From assembly GCA_964036045.1 (NCBI GenBank), contig OZ038378.1:155124001-155188000 (forward strand): a stretch of 64,000 nt of DNA, written 5' to 3'. Within the stretch, counting starts at the first letter, position 1, and each line of letters begins with the position of its first letter. The notes below the pieces were generated by a model that had not been told where the DNA came from, did no database searches, and saw only the letters and a program-made list of their open reading frames with translations. The stretch comes from Eutreptiella sp. 'Long Island Sound 2002' (taxonomy: Eukaryota; Protista; Euglenida). A program made the translations under genes and the position numbers. This document shows, piece after piece, positions 38,201 to 50,200 of the stretch.

Positions 38201-41200
38201 GGCAGCCGTCAATCTGTCCACCTCCGTCTGCGCCTGCGCTGCAGCCAAATCATCGGCACCTTGTGCCCCCTGATGGACAAATCGGTGGAGTGCACACAAG
38301 GAACTGACTTGAAACCCGCACGGGTGTGGAGACTGGATGTCCCTTACACCCCAGACCCAGTGGAAATCCCGCCTCCATAGTGCCTGTTGTGCAGTTCAAA
38401 GGCTATCGGCCGCTTTCCTTGGTGAGCATGCCCATCAGGCAAGGTCCACAGCCAATCAGTGCTGTCGGCCACTGTGCGGCACAGACACACAGACACTCAT
38501 GCTTGGAGGGTACTGAGGGCAAAATACCTGCTCCTGCACAGTGGCATCTGCTTCACGGCTTGCGTTCATCTGCTGTAACTCCTCCTTCAAAGCCTGCGTT
38601 TCACTTTGTGACGCATCCAAATCCTCCTTCAGCTTCGTCACCGCACCCTTGGCCTTGTCCTTCACCTGAGAAAACGAATGTTCCGACTCCATGTGGATTG
38701 TGAAGCTCCGGTGCACAGAGGACATGGCTTCACATCCCGCACTTGTTGGCGTTCAATGCAAAACACATATGGGGCAATGCACCTCACGCTCAAGAGTGGG
38801 AGAAGAGCTTCGTCCTAGAATGGTTCCCATGCGGTGATATGCACTCCAAACGTCGCGAATGGCCCATAAATGCCCCCGGGGGCCAGCCAGGGCCCTTCCC
38901 AAAAAACTAAAAAGACAGGCCTGCAATAACATCACCAACAACAACGCCATGCACTGACGAATACCTGTTGAAGCCTCTCGTCGCTGGCCTGCACTTGTTC
39001 AGTCAGCTGCCGCACACTGTCACGCAATGTGTCCCTTTCCGCGGCCAACTGCTCCGTCGACTCCTGAGCGGTAACGAAATGGTACAGAACAGCGAGCAAA
39101 CTGCACACCAACACAGCCATGTCAATGGCCATACCCAACACGCCAGGCAGACTTCGGCATGACCTGCGTTGTCCGCGTGATTTGAAACAGGCTTACTTCG
39201 CCCAATCCGCCAACACCCCAATCACGATGGAATGTCCTTCCCGATGCAAAGCCCTGTCTTTTGAGAGCGGGGTGGATGTACGGACTGGAGTAGACCACAC
39301 CCCCTGTGCCTGTGGTCACCCCCCACACGCCTCGCACCCCCATGTATTGAATGATGGCGCACAGCAAGCTCCTCCTTCTGCGCCATGCGTATGTGGAGTC
39401 TCTGCCTGACCAGGCACCTGGGCAAAGGCTTTCCCAAGTAGTTCCCGAATGTCAACCAACAATGTGCAAGAGTTCTGTGCCCAAGTACAACAGTTTCGGA
39501 AGCTCTTGGTGGATGGCATTGTTGGACACAGCAACTCTTTTGGGCATTCCGTCCCTCCTGTGCTTGTGCCCGCACTGATGCAGTCTGACCGGACAGAACC
39601 TTCGGTCGGGGGCGGGGGATGCATGCCACTTCTCAACCTGCCATCAGAATACCCCCTTGCGATCCACAAACCACCCCCTCAACAACCCTCTAATGATGTC
39701 AACGCACCGCAGCGTCTCACGCACTCCGCCGGGAAATACAACGTGGTTGAAACAAGAGCGTCCACATAGTGCACTGCATGCAGAACGATAAACCTTGTTT
39801 CGATGCTGTTGCTTTCCCCTCTGCAGCTGCACGTCCCACACACCTCCACAGGCTGCAGCATCGCCGCTCCACCCTCTCCCTTGTCACGCAGCTCTGCCGC
39901 CTCCTCCTCCAGCTCCTCAATCCTCGACTGCAACGTCTCCACTTGCTCACGCAGTCTCTCCGCCTCCTGCTCCGCGTCTGCTTCGCCCTCTTTGTCATCT
40001 GCAAAGAAATCCTTCGCCTCCGCCTTCTCCTTCAGATCCCGGATCTCGTCGCGCAGGCCTTGCACTAGGGCTTCGCTCTCGGTCTTCATCTCCTCCATGG
40101 CAGCCGTCAATCTGTCCACCTCCGTCTGCGCCTGCGCTGCAGCCAAATCATCGGCACCTTGTGCCCCCTGATGGACAAATCGGTGGAGTGCACACAAGGA
40201 ACTGACTTGAAACCCGCACGGGTGTGGAGACTGGATGTCCCTTATACCCCAGACCCAGTGGAAATCCCGCCTCCATAGTGCCTGTTGTGCAGTTCAAAGC
40301 CTATCGGCCGCTTTCCTTGGTGAGCATGCCCATCAGGCAAGGTCCACAGCCAATCAGTGCTGTCGGCCACTGTGCGGCACAGACACACAGACACTCACGC
40401 TTGGAGGGTACTGAGGGCAAAATACCTGCTCCTGCACAGTGGCATCTGCTTCACGGCTTGCGTTCATCTGCTGTAACTCCTCCTTCAAAGCCTGTGTTGC
40501 ACTTTGTGACGCATCCAAATCCTCCTTCAGCTTCGTCACCGCGCCCTTGGCCTTGTCCTTCACCTGAGAAAACGAATGTTCCGACTCCATGTGGATTGTG
40601 AAGCTCCGGTGCACAGAGGACATGGCTTCACATCCCGCACTTGTTGGCGTTCAATGCAAAACACATATGGGGCAATGCACCTCACGCTCAAGAGTGGGAG
40701 AAGAGCTTCGTCCTAGAATGGCCCCCATGCGGTGATATGCACTCCAAACGTCGCGAATGGCCCATAAATGCCCCTGGGGGCCAGCCAGGGCCCTTCCCAA
40801 AAAACTAAAAAGACAGGCCTGCAATAACATCACCAACAACAACGCCATGCACTGACGAATACCTGTTGAAGCCTCTCGTCGCTGGCCTGCACTTGTTCAG
40901 TCAGTTGCCGCACACTGTTACGCAATGCGTCCCTTTCCGCGGCCAACTGCTCCGTCGACTCCTGAGCGGTAACGAAATGGTACAGAACAGCGAGCAAACT
41001 GCACACCATCACAGCCATGTCAATGGCCATACCCAACACGCCAGGCAGACTTCGGCATGACCTGCGTTGTCCGCGTGATTTGAAACAGGCTTACTTCGCC
41101 CAATCCGCCAACACCCCAATCACGATGGAATGTCCTTCCCGATGCAAAGCCCTGTCTTTTGAGAGCGGGGTGGATGTACGGACTGGAGTAGACCACACCC

Positions 41201-44200
41201 CCCGTGCCTGTGGTCACCCCCCACACGCCTCGCACCCCCATGTATTGAATGATGGCGCACAGCAAGCTCCTCCTTCTGCGCCATGCGTATGTGGAGTCTC
41301 TACCTGACCAGGCACCTGGGCAAAGGCTTTCCCAAGTAGTTCCCGAATGTCAACCAACAATGTGCAAGAGTTCTGTGCCCAAGTACAACAGTTTTGGAAG
41401 CTCTTGGTGGATGGCATTGTTGGACACAGCAACTCTTTTGGGCATTCCGTCCCTCCTGTGCTTGTGCCCGCACTGATGCAGTCTGACCGGACAGAACCTT
41501 CGGTCGGGGGCGGGGAATGCATGCCACTTCTCAACCTGCCATCAGAATACCCCCTTGCGATCCACAAACCACCCCCTCAACAACCCTCTAATGATGTCAA
41601 CGCACCGCAGCGTCTCACGCACTCCGCCGGGAAATACAACGTCGTTGAAACAAGAGCGTCCACATAGTGCACTGCATGCAGAACGATAAACCATATTTCG
41701 ATGATGTTGCTTTCCCCTCTGCAGCTGCACGTCCCACACACCTCCACAGGCTGCAGCATCACCGCTCCACCCTCTCCCTTGTCACGCAGCTCTGCCGCCT
41801 CCTCCTCCAGCTCCTCAATCCTTGACTGCAACGTCTCCACTTGCTCACGCAGTCTCTCCGCCTCCTGCTCCACGTCTGCTTCGCCCTCTTTGTCATCTGC
41901 AAAGAAATCCTTCGCCTCCGCCTTCTCCTTCAGATCCCGGATCTCGTCGCGCAGGCCTTGCACTAGGGCTTCGCTCTCGGTCTTCATCTCCTCCATGGCA
42001 GCCGTCAATCTGTCCACCTCCGTCTGCGCCTGCGCTGCAGCCAAATCATCTGCACCTTGTGCCCCCTGATGGACAAATCGGTGGAGTGCACACAAGGAAC
42101 TGACTTGAAACCCGCACGGGTGTGGAGACTGGATGTCCCTTACACCCCAGACCCAGTGGAAATCCCGCCTCCATAGTGCCTGTTGTGCAGTTCAAAGCCT
42201 ATCGGCCGCTTTCCTTGGTGAGCATGCCCATCAGGCAAGGTCCACAGCCAATCAGTGCTGTCGGCCACTGTGCGGCACAGACACACAGACACTCACGCTT
42301 GGAGGGTACTGAGGGCAAAATACCTGCTCCTGCACATTGGCATCTGCTTCACGGCTTGCGTTCATCTGCTGTAACTCCTCCTTCAAAGCCTGCGTTTCAC
42401 TTTGTGATGCATCCAAATCCTCCTTCAGCTTCATCACCGCACCCTTGGCCTTGTCCTTCACCTGAGAAAACGAATGTTCCGACTCCATGTGGATTGTGAA
42501 GCTCCGGTGCACAGAGGACATGGCTTCACATCCCGCACTTGTTGGCGTTCAATGCAAAACACATATGGGGCAATGCACCTCACGCTCAAGAGTGGGAGAA
42601 GAGCTTCGTCCTAGAATGGCCCCCATGCGGTGATATGCACTCCAAACGTCGCGAATGGCCCATAAATGCCCCCGGGGGCCAGCCAGGGCCCTTCCCAAAA
42701 AACTAAAAAGACAGGCCTGCAATAACATCACCAACAACAACGCCATGCACTGACGAATACCTGTTGAAGCCTCTCGTCGCTGGCCTGCACTTGTTCAGTC
42801 AGCTGCCGCACACTGTCACGCAATGTGTCCCTTTCCGCGGCCAACTGCTCCGTCGACTCCTGAGCGGTAACGAAATGGTACAGAACAGCGAGCAAACTGC
42901 ACACCAACACAGCCATGTCAATGGCCATACCCAACACGCCAGGCAGACTTCGGCATGACCTGCGTTGTCCGCGTGATTTGAAACAGGCTTACTTCGCCCA
43001 ATCCACCAACACCCCAATCACGATGGAATGTCCTTCCCGATGCAAAGCCCTATCTTTTGAGAGCGGGGTGGATGTACGGACTGGAGGAGACCACACCCCC
43101 TGTGCCTGTGGTCACCCCCCACACGCCTCGCACCCCCATGTATTGAATGATGGCGCACAGCAAGCTCCTCCTTCTGCGCCATGCGTATGTGGAGTCTCTA
43201 CCTGACCAGGCACCTGGGCAAAGGCTTTCCCAAGTAGTTCCCGAATGTCAACCAACAATGTGCAAGAGTTCTGTGCCCAAGTACAACAGTTTCGGAAGCT
43301 CTTGGTGGATGGCATTGTTGGACACAGCAACTCTTTTGGGCATTCCGTCCCTCCTGTGCTTGTGCCCGCACTGATGCAGTCTGACCGGACAGAACCTTCG
43401 GTCGGGGGCGGGGAATGCATGCCACTTCTCAACCTGCCATCAGAATACCCCCTTGCGATCCACAAACCACCCCCTCAACAACCCTCTAATGATGTCAACG
43501 CACCGCAGCGTCTCACGCACTCCGCCGGGAAATACAACGTCGTTGAAACAAGAGCGTCCACATAGTGCACTGCATGCAGAACGATAAACCTTGTTTCGAT
43601 GATGTTGCTTTCCCCTCTGCAGCTGCACGTCCCACACACCTCCACAGGCTGCAGCATCGCCGCTCCACCCTCTCCCTTGTCACGCAGCTCTGCCGCCTCC
43701 TCCTCCAGCTCCTCAATCCTTGACTGCAACGTCTCCACTTGCTCACGCAGTCTCTCCGCCTCCTGCTCCACGTCTGCTTCGCCCTCTTTGTCATCTGCAA
43801 AGAAATCCTTCGCCTCCGCCTTCTCCTTCAGATCCCGGATCTCGTCGCGCAGGCCTTGCACTAGGGCTTCGCTCTCGGTCTTCATCTCCTCCATGGCAGC
43901 CGTCAATCTGTCCACCTCCGTCTGCGCCTGCGCTGCAGCCAAATCATCTGCACCTTGTGCCCCCTGATGGACAAATCGGTGGAGTGCACACAAGGAACTG
44001 ACTTGAAACCCGCACGGGTGTGGAGACTGGATGTCCCTTACACCCCAGACCCAGTGGAAATCCCGCCTCCATAGTGCCTGTTGTGCAGTTCAAAGCCTAT
44101 CGGCCGCTTTCCTTGGTGAGCATGCCCATCAGGCAAGGTCCACAGCCAATCAGTGCTGTCGGCCACTGTGCGGCACAGACACACAGACACTCATGCTTGG

Positions 44201-47200
44201 AGGGTACTGAGGGCAAAATACCTGCTCCTGCACAGTGGCATCTGCTTCACGGCTTGCGTTCATCTGCTGTAACTCCTCCTTCAAAGCCTGCGTTTCACTT
44301 TGTGACGCATCCAAATCCTCCTTCAGCTTCATCACCGTGCCCTTGGCCTTGTCCTTCACCTGAGAAAACGAATGTTCCGACTCCATGTGGATTGTGAAGC
44401 TCCGGTGCACAGAGGACATGGCTTCACATCCCGCACTTGTTGGCGTTCAATGCAAAACACATATGGGGCAATGCACCTCACGCTCAAGAGTGGGAGAAGA
44501 GCTTCGTCCTAGAATGGCCCCCATGCGGTGATATGCACTCCAAACGTCGCGAATGGCCCATAAATGCCCCCGGGGGCCAGCCAGGGCCCTTCCCAAAAAA
44601 CTAAAAAGACAGGCCTGCAATAACATCACCAACAACAACGCCATGCACTGACGAATACCTGTTGAAGCCTCTCGTCGCTGGCCTGCACTTGTTCAGTCAG
44701 CTGCTGCACACTGTCACGCAATGCGTCCCTTTCCGCGGCCAACTGCTCCGTCGACTCCTGAGCGGTAACGAAATGGTACAGAACAGCGAGCAAACTGCAC
44801 ACCAACACAGCCATGTCAATGGCCATACCCAACACGCCAGGCAGACTTCGGCATGACCTGCGTTGTCCGCGTGATTTGAAACAGGCTTACTTCGCCCAAT
44901 CCGCCAACACCCCAATCACGATGGAATGTCCTTCCCGAAGCAAAGCCCTATCTTTTGAGAGCGGGGTGGATGTACGGACTGGAGTAGACCACACCCCCCG
45001 TGCCTGTGGTCACCCCCACACGCCTCGCACCCCCATGTATTGAATGATGGCGCACAGCAAGCTCCTCCTTCTGCGCCATGCGTATGTGGAGTCTCTACCT
45101 GACCAGGCACCTGGGCAAAGGCTTTCCCAAGTAGTTCCCGAATGTCAACCAACAATGTGCAAGAGTTCTGTGCCCAAGTACAACAGTTTCGGAAGCTCTT
45201 GGTGGATGGCATTGTTGGACACAGCAACTCTTTTGGGCATTCCGTCCCTCCTGTGCTTGTGCCCGCACTGATGCAGTCTGACCGGACAGAACCTTCGGTC
45301 GGGGGCGGGGAATGCATGCCACTTCTCAACCTGCCATCAGAATACCCCCTTGCGATCCACAAACCACCCCCTCAACAACCCTCTAATGATGTCAACGCAC
45401 CGCAGCGTCTCACGCACTCCGCCGGGAAATACAACGTCGTTGAAACAAGAGCGTCCACATAGTGCACTGCATGCAGAACGATAAACCTTGTTTCGATGAT
45501 GTTGCTTTCCCCTCTGCAGCTGCACGTCCCACACACCTCCACAGGCTGCAGCATCGCCGCTCCACCCTCTCCCTTGTCACGCAGCTCTGCCGCCTCCTCC
45601 TCCAGCTCCTCAATCCTTGACTGCAACGTCTCCACTTGCTCACGCAGTCTCTCCGCCTCCTGCTCCACGTCTGCTTCGCCCTCTTTGTCATCTGCAAAGA
45701 AATCCTTCGCCTCCGCCTTCTCCTTCAGATCCCGGATCTCGTCGCGCAGGCCTTGCACTAGGGCTTCGCTCTCGGTCTTCATCTCCTCCATGGCAGCCGT
45801 CAATCTGTCCACCTCCGTCTGCGCCTGCGCTGCAGCCAAATCATCTGCACCTTGTGCCCCCTGATGGACAAATCGGTGGAGTGCACACAAGGAACTGACT
45901 TGAAACCCGCACGGGTGTGGAGACTGGATGTCCCTTACACCCCAGACCCAGTGGAAATCCCGCCTCCATAGTGCCTGTTGTGCAGTTCAAAGCCTATCGG
46001 CCGCTTTCCTTGGTGAGCATGCCCATCAGGCAAGGTCCACAGCCAATCAGTGCTGTCGGCCACTGTGCGGCACAGACACACAGACACTCATGCTTGGAGG
46101 GTACTGAGGGCAAAATACCTGCTCCTGCACAGTGGCATCTGCTTCACGGCTTGCGTTCATCTGCTGTAACTCCTCCTTCAAAGCCTGCGTTTCACTTTGT
46201 GACGCATCCAAATCCTCCTTCAGCTTCGTCACCGTGCCCTTGGCCTTGTCCTTCACCTGAGAAAACGAATGTTCCGACTCCATGTGGATTGTGAAGCTCC
46301 GGTGCACAGAGGACATGGCTTCACATCCCGCACTTGTTGGCGTTCAATGCAAAACACATATGGGGCAATGCACCTCACGCTCAAGAGTGGGAGAAGAGCT
46401 TCGTCCTAGAATGGCCCCCATGCGGTGATATGCACTCCAAACGTCGCGAATGGCCCATAAATGCCCCCGGGGGCCAGCCAGGGCCCTTCCCAAAAAACTA
46501 AAAAGACAGGCCTGCAATAACATCACCAACAACAACGCCATGCACTGACGAATACCTGTTGAAGCCTCTCGTCGCTGGCCTGCACTTGTTCAGTCAGCTG
46601 CTGCACACTGTCACGCAATGCGTCCCTTTCCGCGGCCAACTGCTCCGTCGACTCCTGAGCGGTAACGAAATGGTACAGAACAGCGAGCAAACTGCACACC
46701 AACACAGCCATGTCAATGGCCATACCCAACACGCCAGGCAGACTTCGGCATGACCTGCGTTGTCCGCGTGATTTGAAACAGGCTTACTTCGCCCAATCCG
46801 CCAACACCCCAATCACGATGGAATGTCCTTCCCGAAGCAAAGCCCTATCTTTTGAGAGCGGGGTGGATGTACGGACTGGAGTAGACCACACCCCCCGTGC
46901 CTGTGGTCACCCCCCACACGCCTCGCACCCCCATGTATTGAATGATGGCGCACAGCAAGCTCCTCCTTCTGCGCCATGCGTATGTGGAGTCTCTACCTGA
47001 CCAGGCACCTGGGCAAAGGCTTTCCCAAGTAGTTCCCGAATGTCAACCAACAATGTGCAAGAGTTCTGTGCCCAAGTACAACAGTTTCGGAAGCTCTTGG
47101 TGGATGGCATTGTTGGACACAGCAACTCTTTTGGGCATTCCGTCCCTCCTGTGCTTGTGCCCGCACTGATGCAGTCTGACCGGACAGAACCTTCGGTCGG

Positions 47201-50200
47201 GGGCGGGGAATGCATGCCACTTCTCAACCTGCCATCAGAATACCCCCTTGCGATCCACAAACCACCCCCTCAACAACCCTCTAATGATGTCAACGCACCG
47301 CAGCGTCTCACGCACTCCGCCGGGAAATACAACGTCGTTGAAACAAGAGCGTCCACATAGTGCACTGCATGCAGAACGATAAACCATATTTCGATGATGT
47401 TGCTTTCCCCTCTGCAGCTGCACGTCCCACACACCTCCACAGGCTGCAGCATCGCCGCTCCACCCTCTCCCTTGTCACGCAGCTCCGCCGCCTCCTCCTC
47501 CAGCTCCTCAATCCTTGACTGCAACGTCTCCACTTGCTCACGCAGTCTCTCCGCCTCCTGCTCCACGTCTGCTTCGCCCTCTTTGTCATCTGCAAAGAAA
47601 TCCTTCGCCTCCGCCTTCTCCTTCAGATCCCGGATCTCGTCGCGCAGGCCTTGCACTAGGGCTTCGCTCTCGGTCTTCATCTCCTCCATGGCAGCCGTCA
47701 ATCTGTCCACCTCCGTCTGCGCCTGCGCTGCAGCCAAATCATCTGCACCTTGTGCCCCCTGATGGACAAATCGGTGGAGTGCACACAAGGAACTGACTTG
47801 AAACCCGCACGGGTGTGGAGACTGGATGTCCCTTACACCCCAGACCCAGTGGAAATCCCGCCTCCATAGTGCCTGTTGTGCAGTTCAAAGGCTATCGGCC
47901 GCTTTCCTTGGTGAGCATGCCCATCAGGCAAGGTCCACAGCCAATCAGTGCTGTCGGCCACTGTGCGGCACAGACACACAGACACTCACACTTGGAGGGT
48001 ACTGAGGGCAAAATACCTGCTCCTGCACAGTGGCATCTGCTTCACGGCTTGCGTTCATCTGCTGTAACTCCTCCTTCAAAGCCTGCGTTTCACTTTGTGA
48101 CGCATCCAAATCCTCCTTCAGCTTCATCACCGCACCCTTGGCCTTGTCCTTCACCTGAGAAAACGAATGTTCCGACTCCATGTGGATTGTGAAGCTCCGG
48201 TGCACAGAGGACATGGCTTCACATCCCGCACTTGTTGGCGTTCAATGCAAAACACATATGGGGCAATGCACCTCACGCTCAAGAGTGGGAGAAGAGCTTC
48301 GTCCTAGAATGGCCCCCATGCGGTGATATGCACTCCAAACGTCGCGAATGGCCCATAAATGCCCCTGGGGGCCAGCCAGGGCCCTTCCCAAAAAACTAAA
48401 AAGACAGGCCTGCAATAACATCACCAACAACAACGCCATGCACTGACGAATACCTGTTGAAGCCTCTCGTCGCTGGCCTGCACTTGTTCAGTCAGCTGCC
48501 GCACACTGTCACGCAATGCGTCCCTTTCCGCGGCCAACTGCTCCGTCGACTCCTGAGCGGTAACGAAATGGTACAGAACAGCGAGCAAACTGCACACCAT
48601 CACAGCCATGTCAATGGCCATACCCAACACGCCAGGCAGACTTCGGCATGACCTGCGTTGTCCGCGTGATTTGAAACAGGCTTACTTCGCCCAATCCGCC
48701 AACACCCCAATCACGATGGAATGTCCTTCCCGAAGCAAAGCCCTGTCTTTTGAGAGCGGGGTGGATGTACGGACTGGAGGAGACCACACCCCCTGTGCCT
48801 GTGGTCACCCCCCACACGCCTCGCACCCCCATGTATTGAATGATGGCGCACAGCAAGCTCCTCCTTCTGCGCCATGCGTATGTGGAGTCTCTACCTGACC
48901 AGGCACCTGGGCAAAGGCTTTCCCAAGTAGTTCCCGAATGTCAACCAACAATGTGCAAGAGTTCTGTGCCCAAGTACACTAGTTTCGGAAGCTCTTGGTG
49001 GATGGCATTGTTGGACACAGCAACTCTTTTGGGCATTCCGTCCCTCCTGTGCTTGTGCCCGCACTGATGCAGTCTGACCGGACAGAACCTTCGGTCGGGG
49101 GCGGGGGATGCATGCCACTTCTCAACCTGCCATCAGAATATCCCCTTGCGATCCACAAACCACCCCCTCAACAACACTCTAATGATGTCAACGCACCGCA
49201 GCGTCTCAAGCACTCCGCCGGGAAATACAACGTCGTTGAAACAAGAGCGTCCACATAGTGCACTGCATGCAGAACGATAAACCTTGTTTCGATGCTGTTG
49301 CTTTCCCCTCTGCAGCTGCACGTCCCACACACCTCCACAGGCTGCAGCATCGCCGCTCCACCCTCTCCCTTGTCACGCAGCTCCGCCGCCTCCTCCTCCA
49401 GCTCCTCAATCCTTGACTGCAACGCCTCCACTTGCTCACGCAGTCTCTCCGCCTCCTGCTCCACGTCTGCTTCGCCCTCTTTGTCATCTGCAAAGAAATC
49501 CTTCGCCTCCGCCTTCTCCTTCAGATCCCGGATCTCGTCGCGCAGGCCTTGCACTAGGGCTTCGCTCTCGGTCTTCATCTCCTCCATGGCAACCGTCAAT
49601 CTGTCCACCTCCGTCTGCGCCTGCGCTGCAGCCAAATCATCTGCACCTTGTGCCCCCTGATGGACAAATCGGTGGAGTGCACACAAGGAACTGACTTGAA
49701 ACCCGCACGGGTGTGGAGACTGGATGTCCCTTACACCCCAGACCCAGTGGAAATCCCGCCTCCATAGTGCCTGTTGTGCAGTTCAAAGCCTATCGGCCGC
49801 TTTCCTTGGTGAGCATGCCCATCAGGCAAGGTCCACAGCCAATCAGTGCTGTCGGCCACTGTGCGGCACAGACACACAGACACTCACGCTTGGAGGGTAC
49901 TGAGGGCAAAATACCTGCTCCTGCACATTGGCATCTGCTTCACGGCTTGCGTTCATCTGCTGTAACTCCTCCTTCAAAGCCTGTGTTGCACTTTGTGACG
50001 CATCCAAATCCTCCTTCAGCTTCGTCACCGTGCCCTTGGCCTTGTCCTTCACCTGAGAAAACGAATGTTCCGACTCCATGTGGATTGTGAAGCTCCGGTG
50101 CACAGAGGACATGGCTTCACATCCCGCACTTGTTGGCGTTCAATGCAAAACACATATGGGGCAATGCACCTCACGCTCAAGAGTGGGAGAAGAGCTTCGT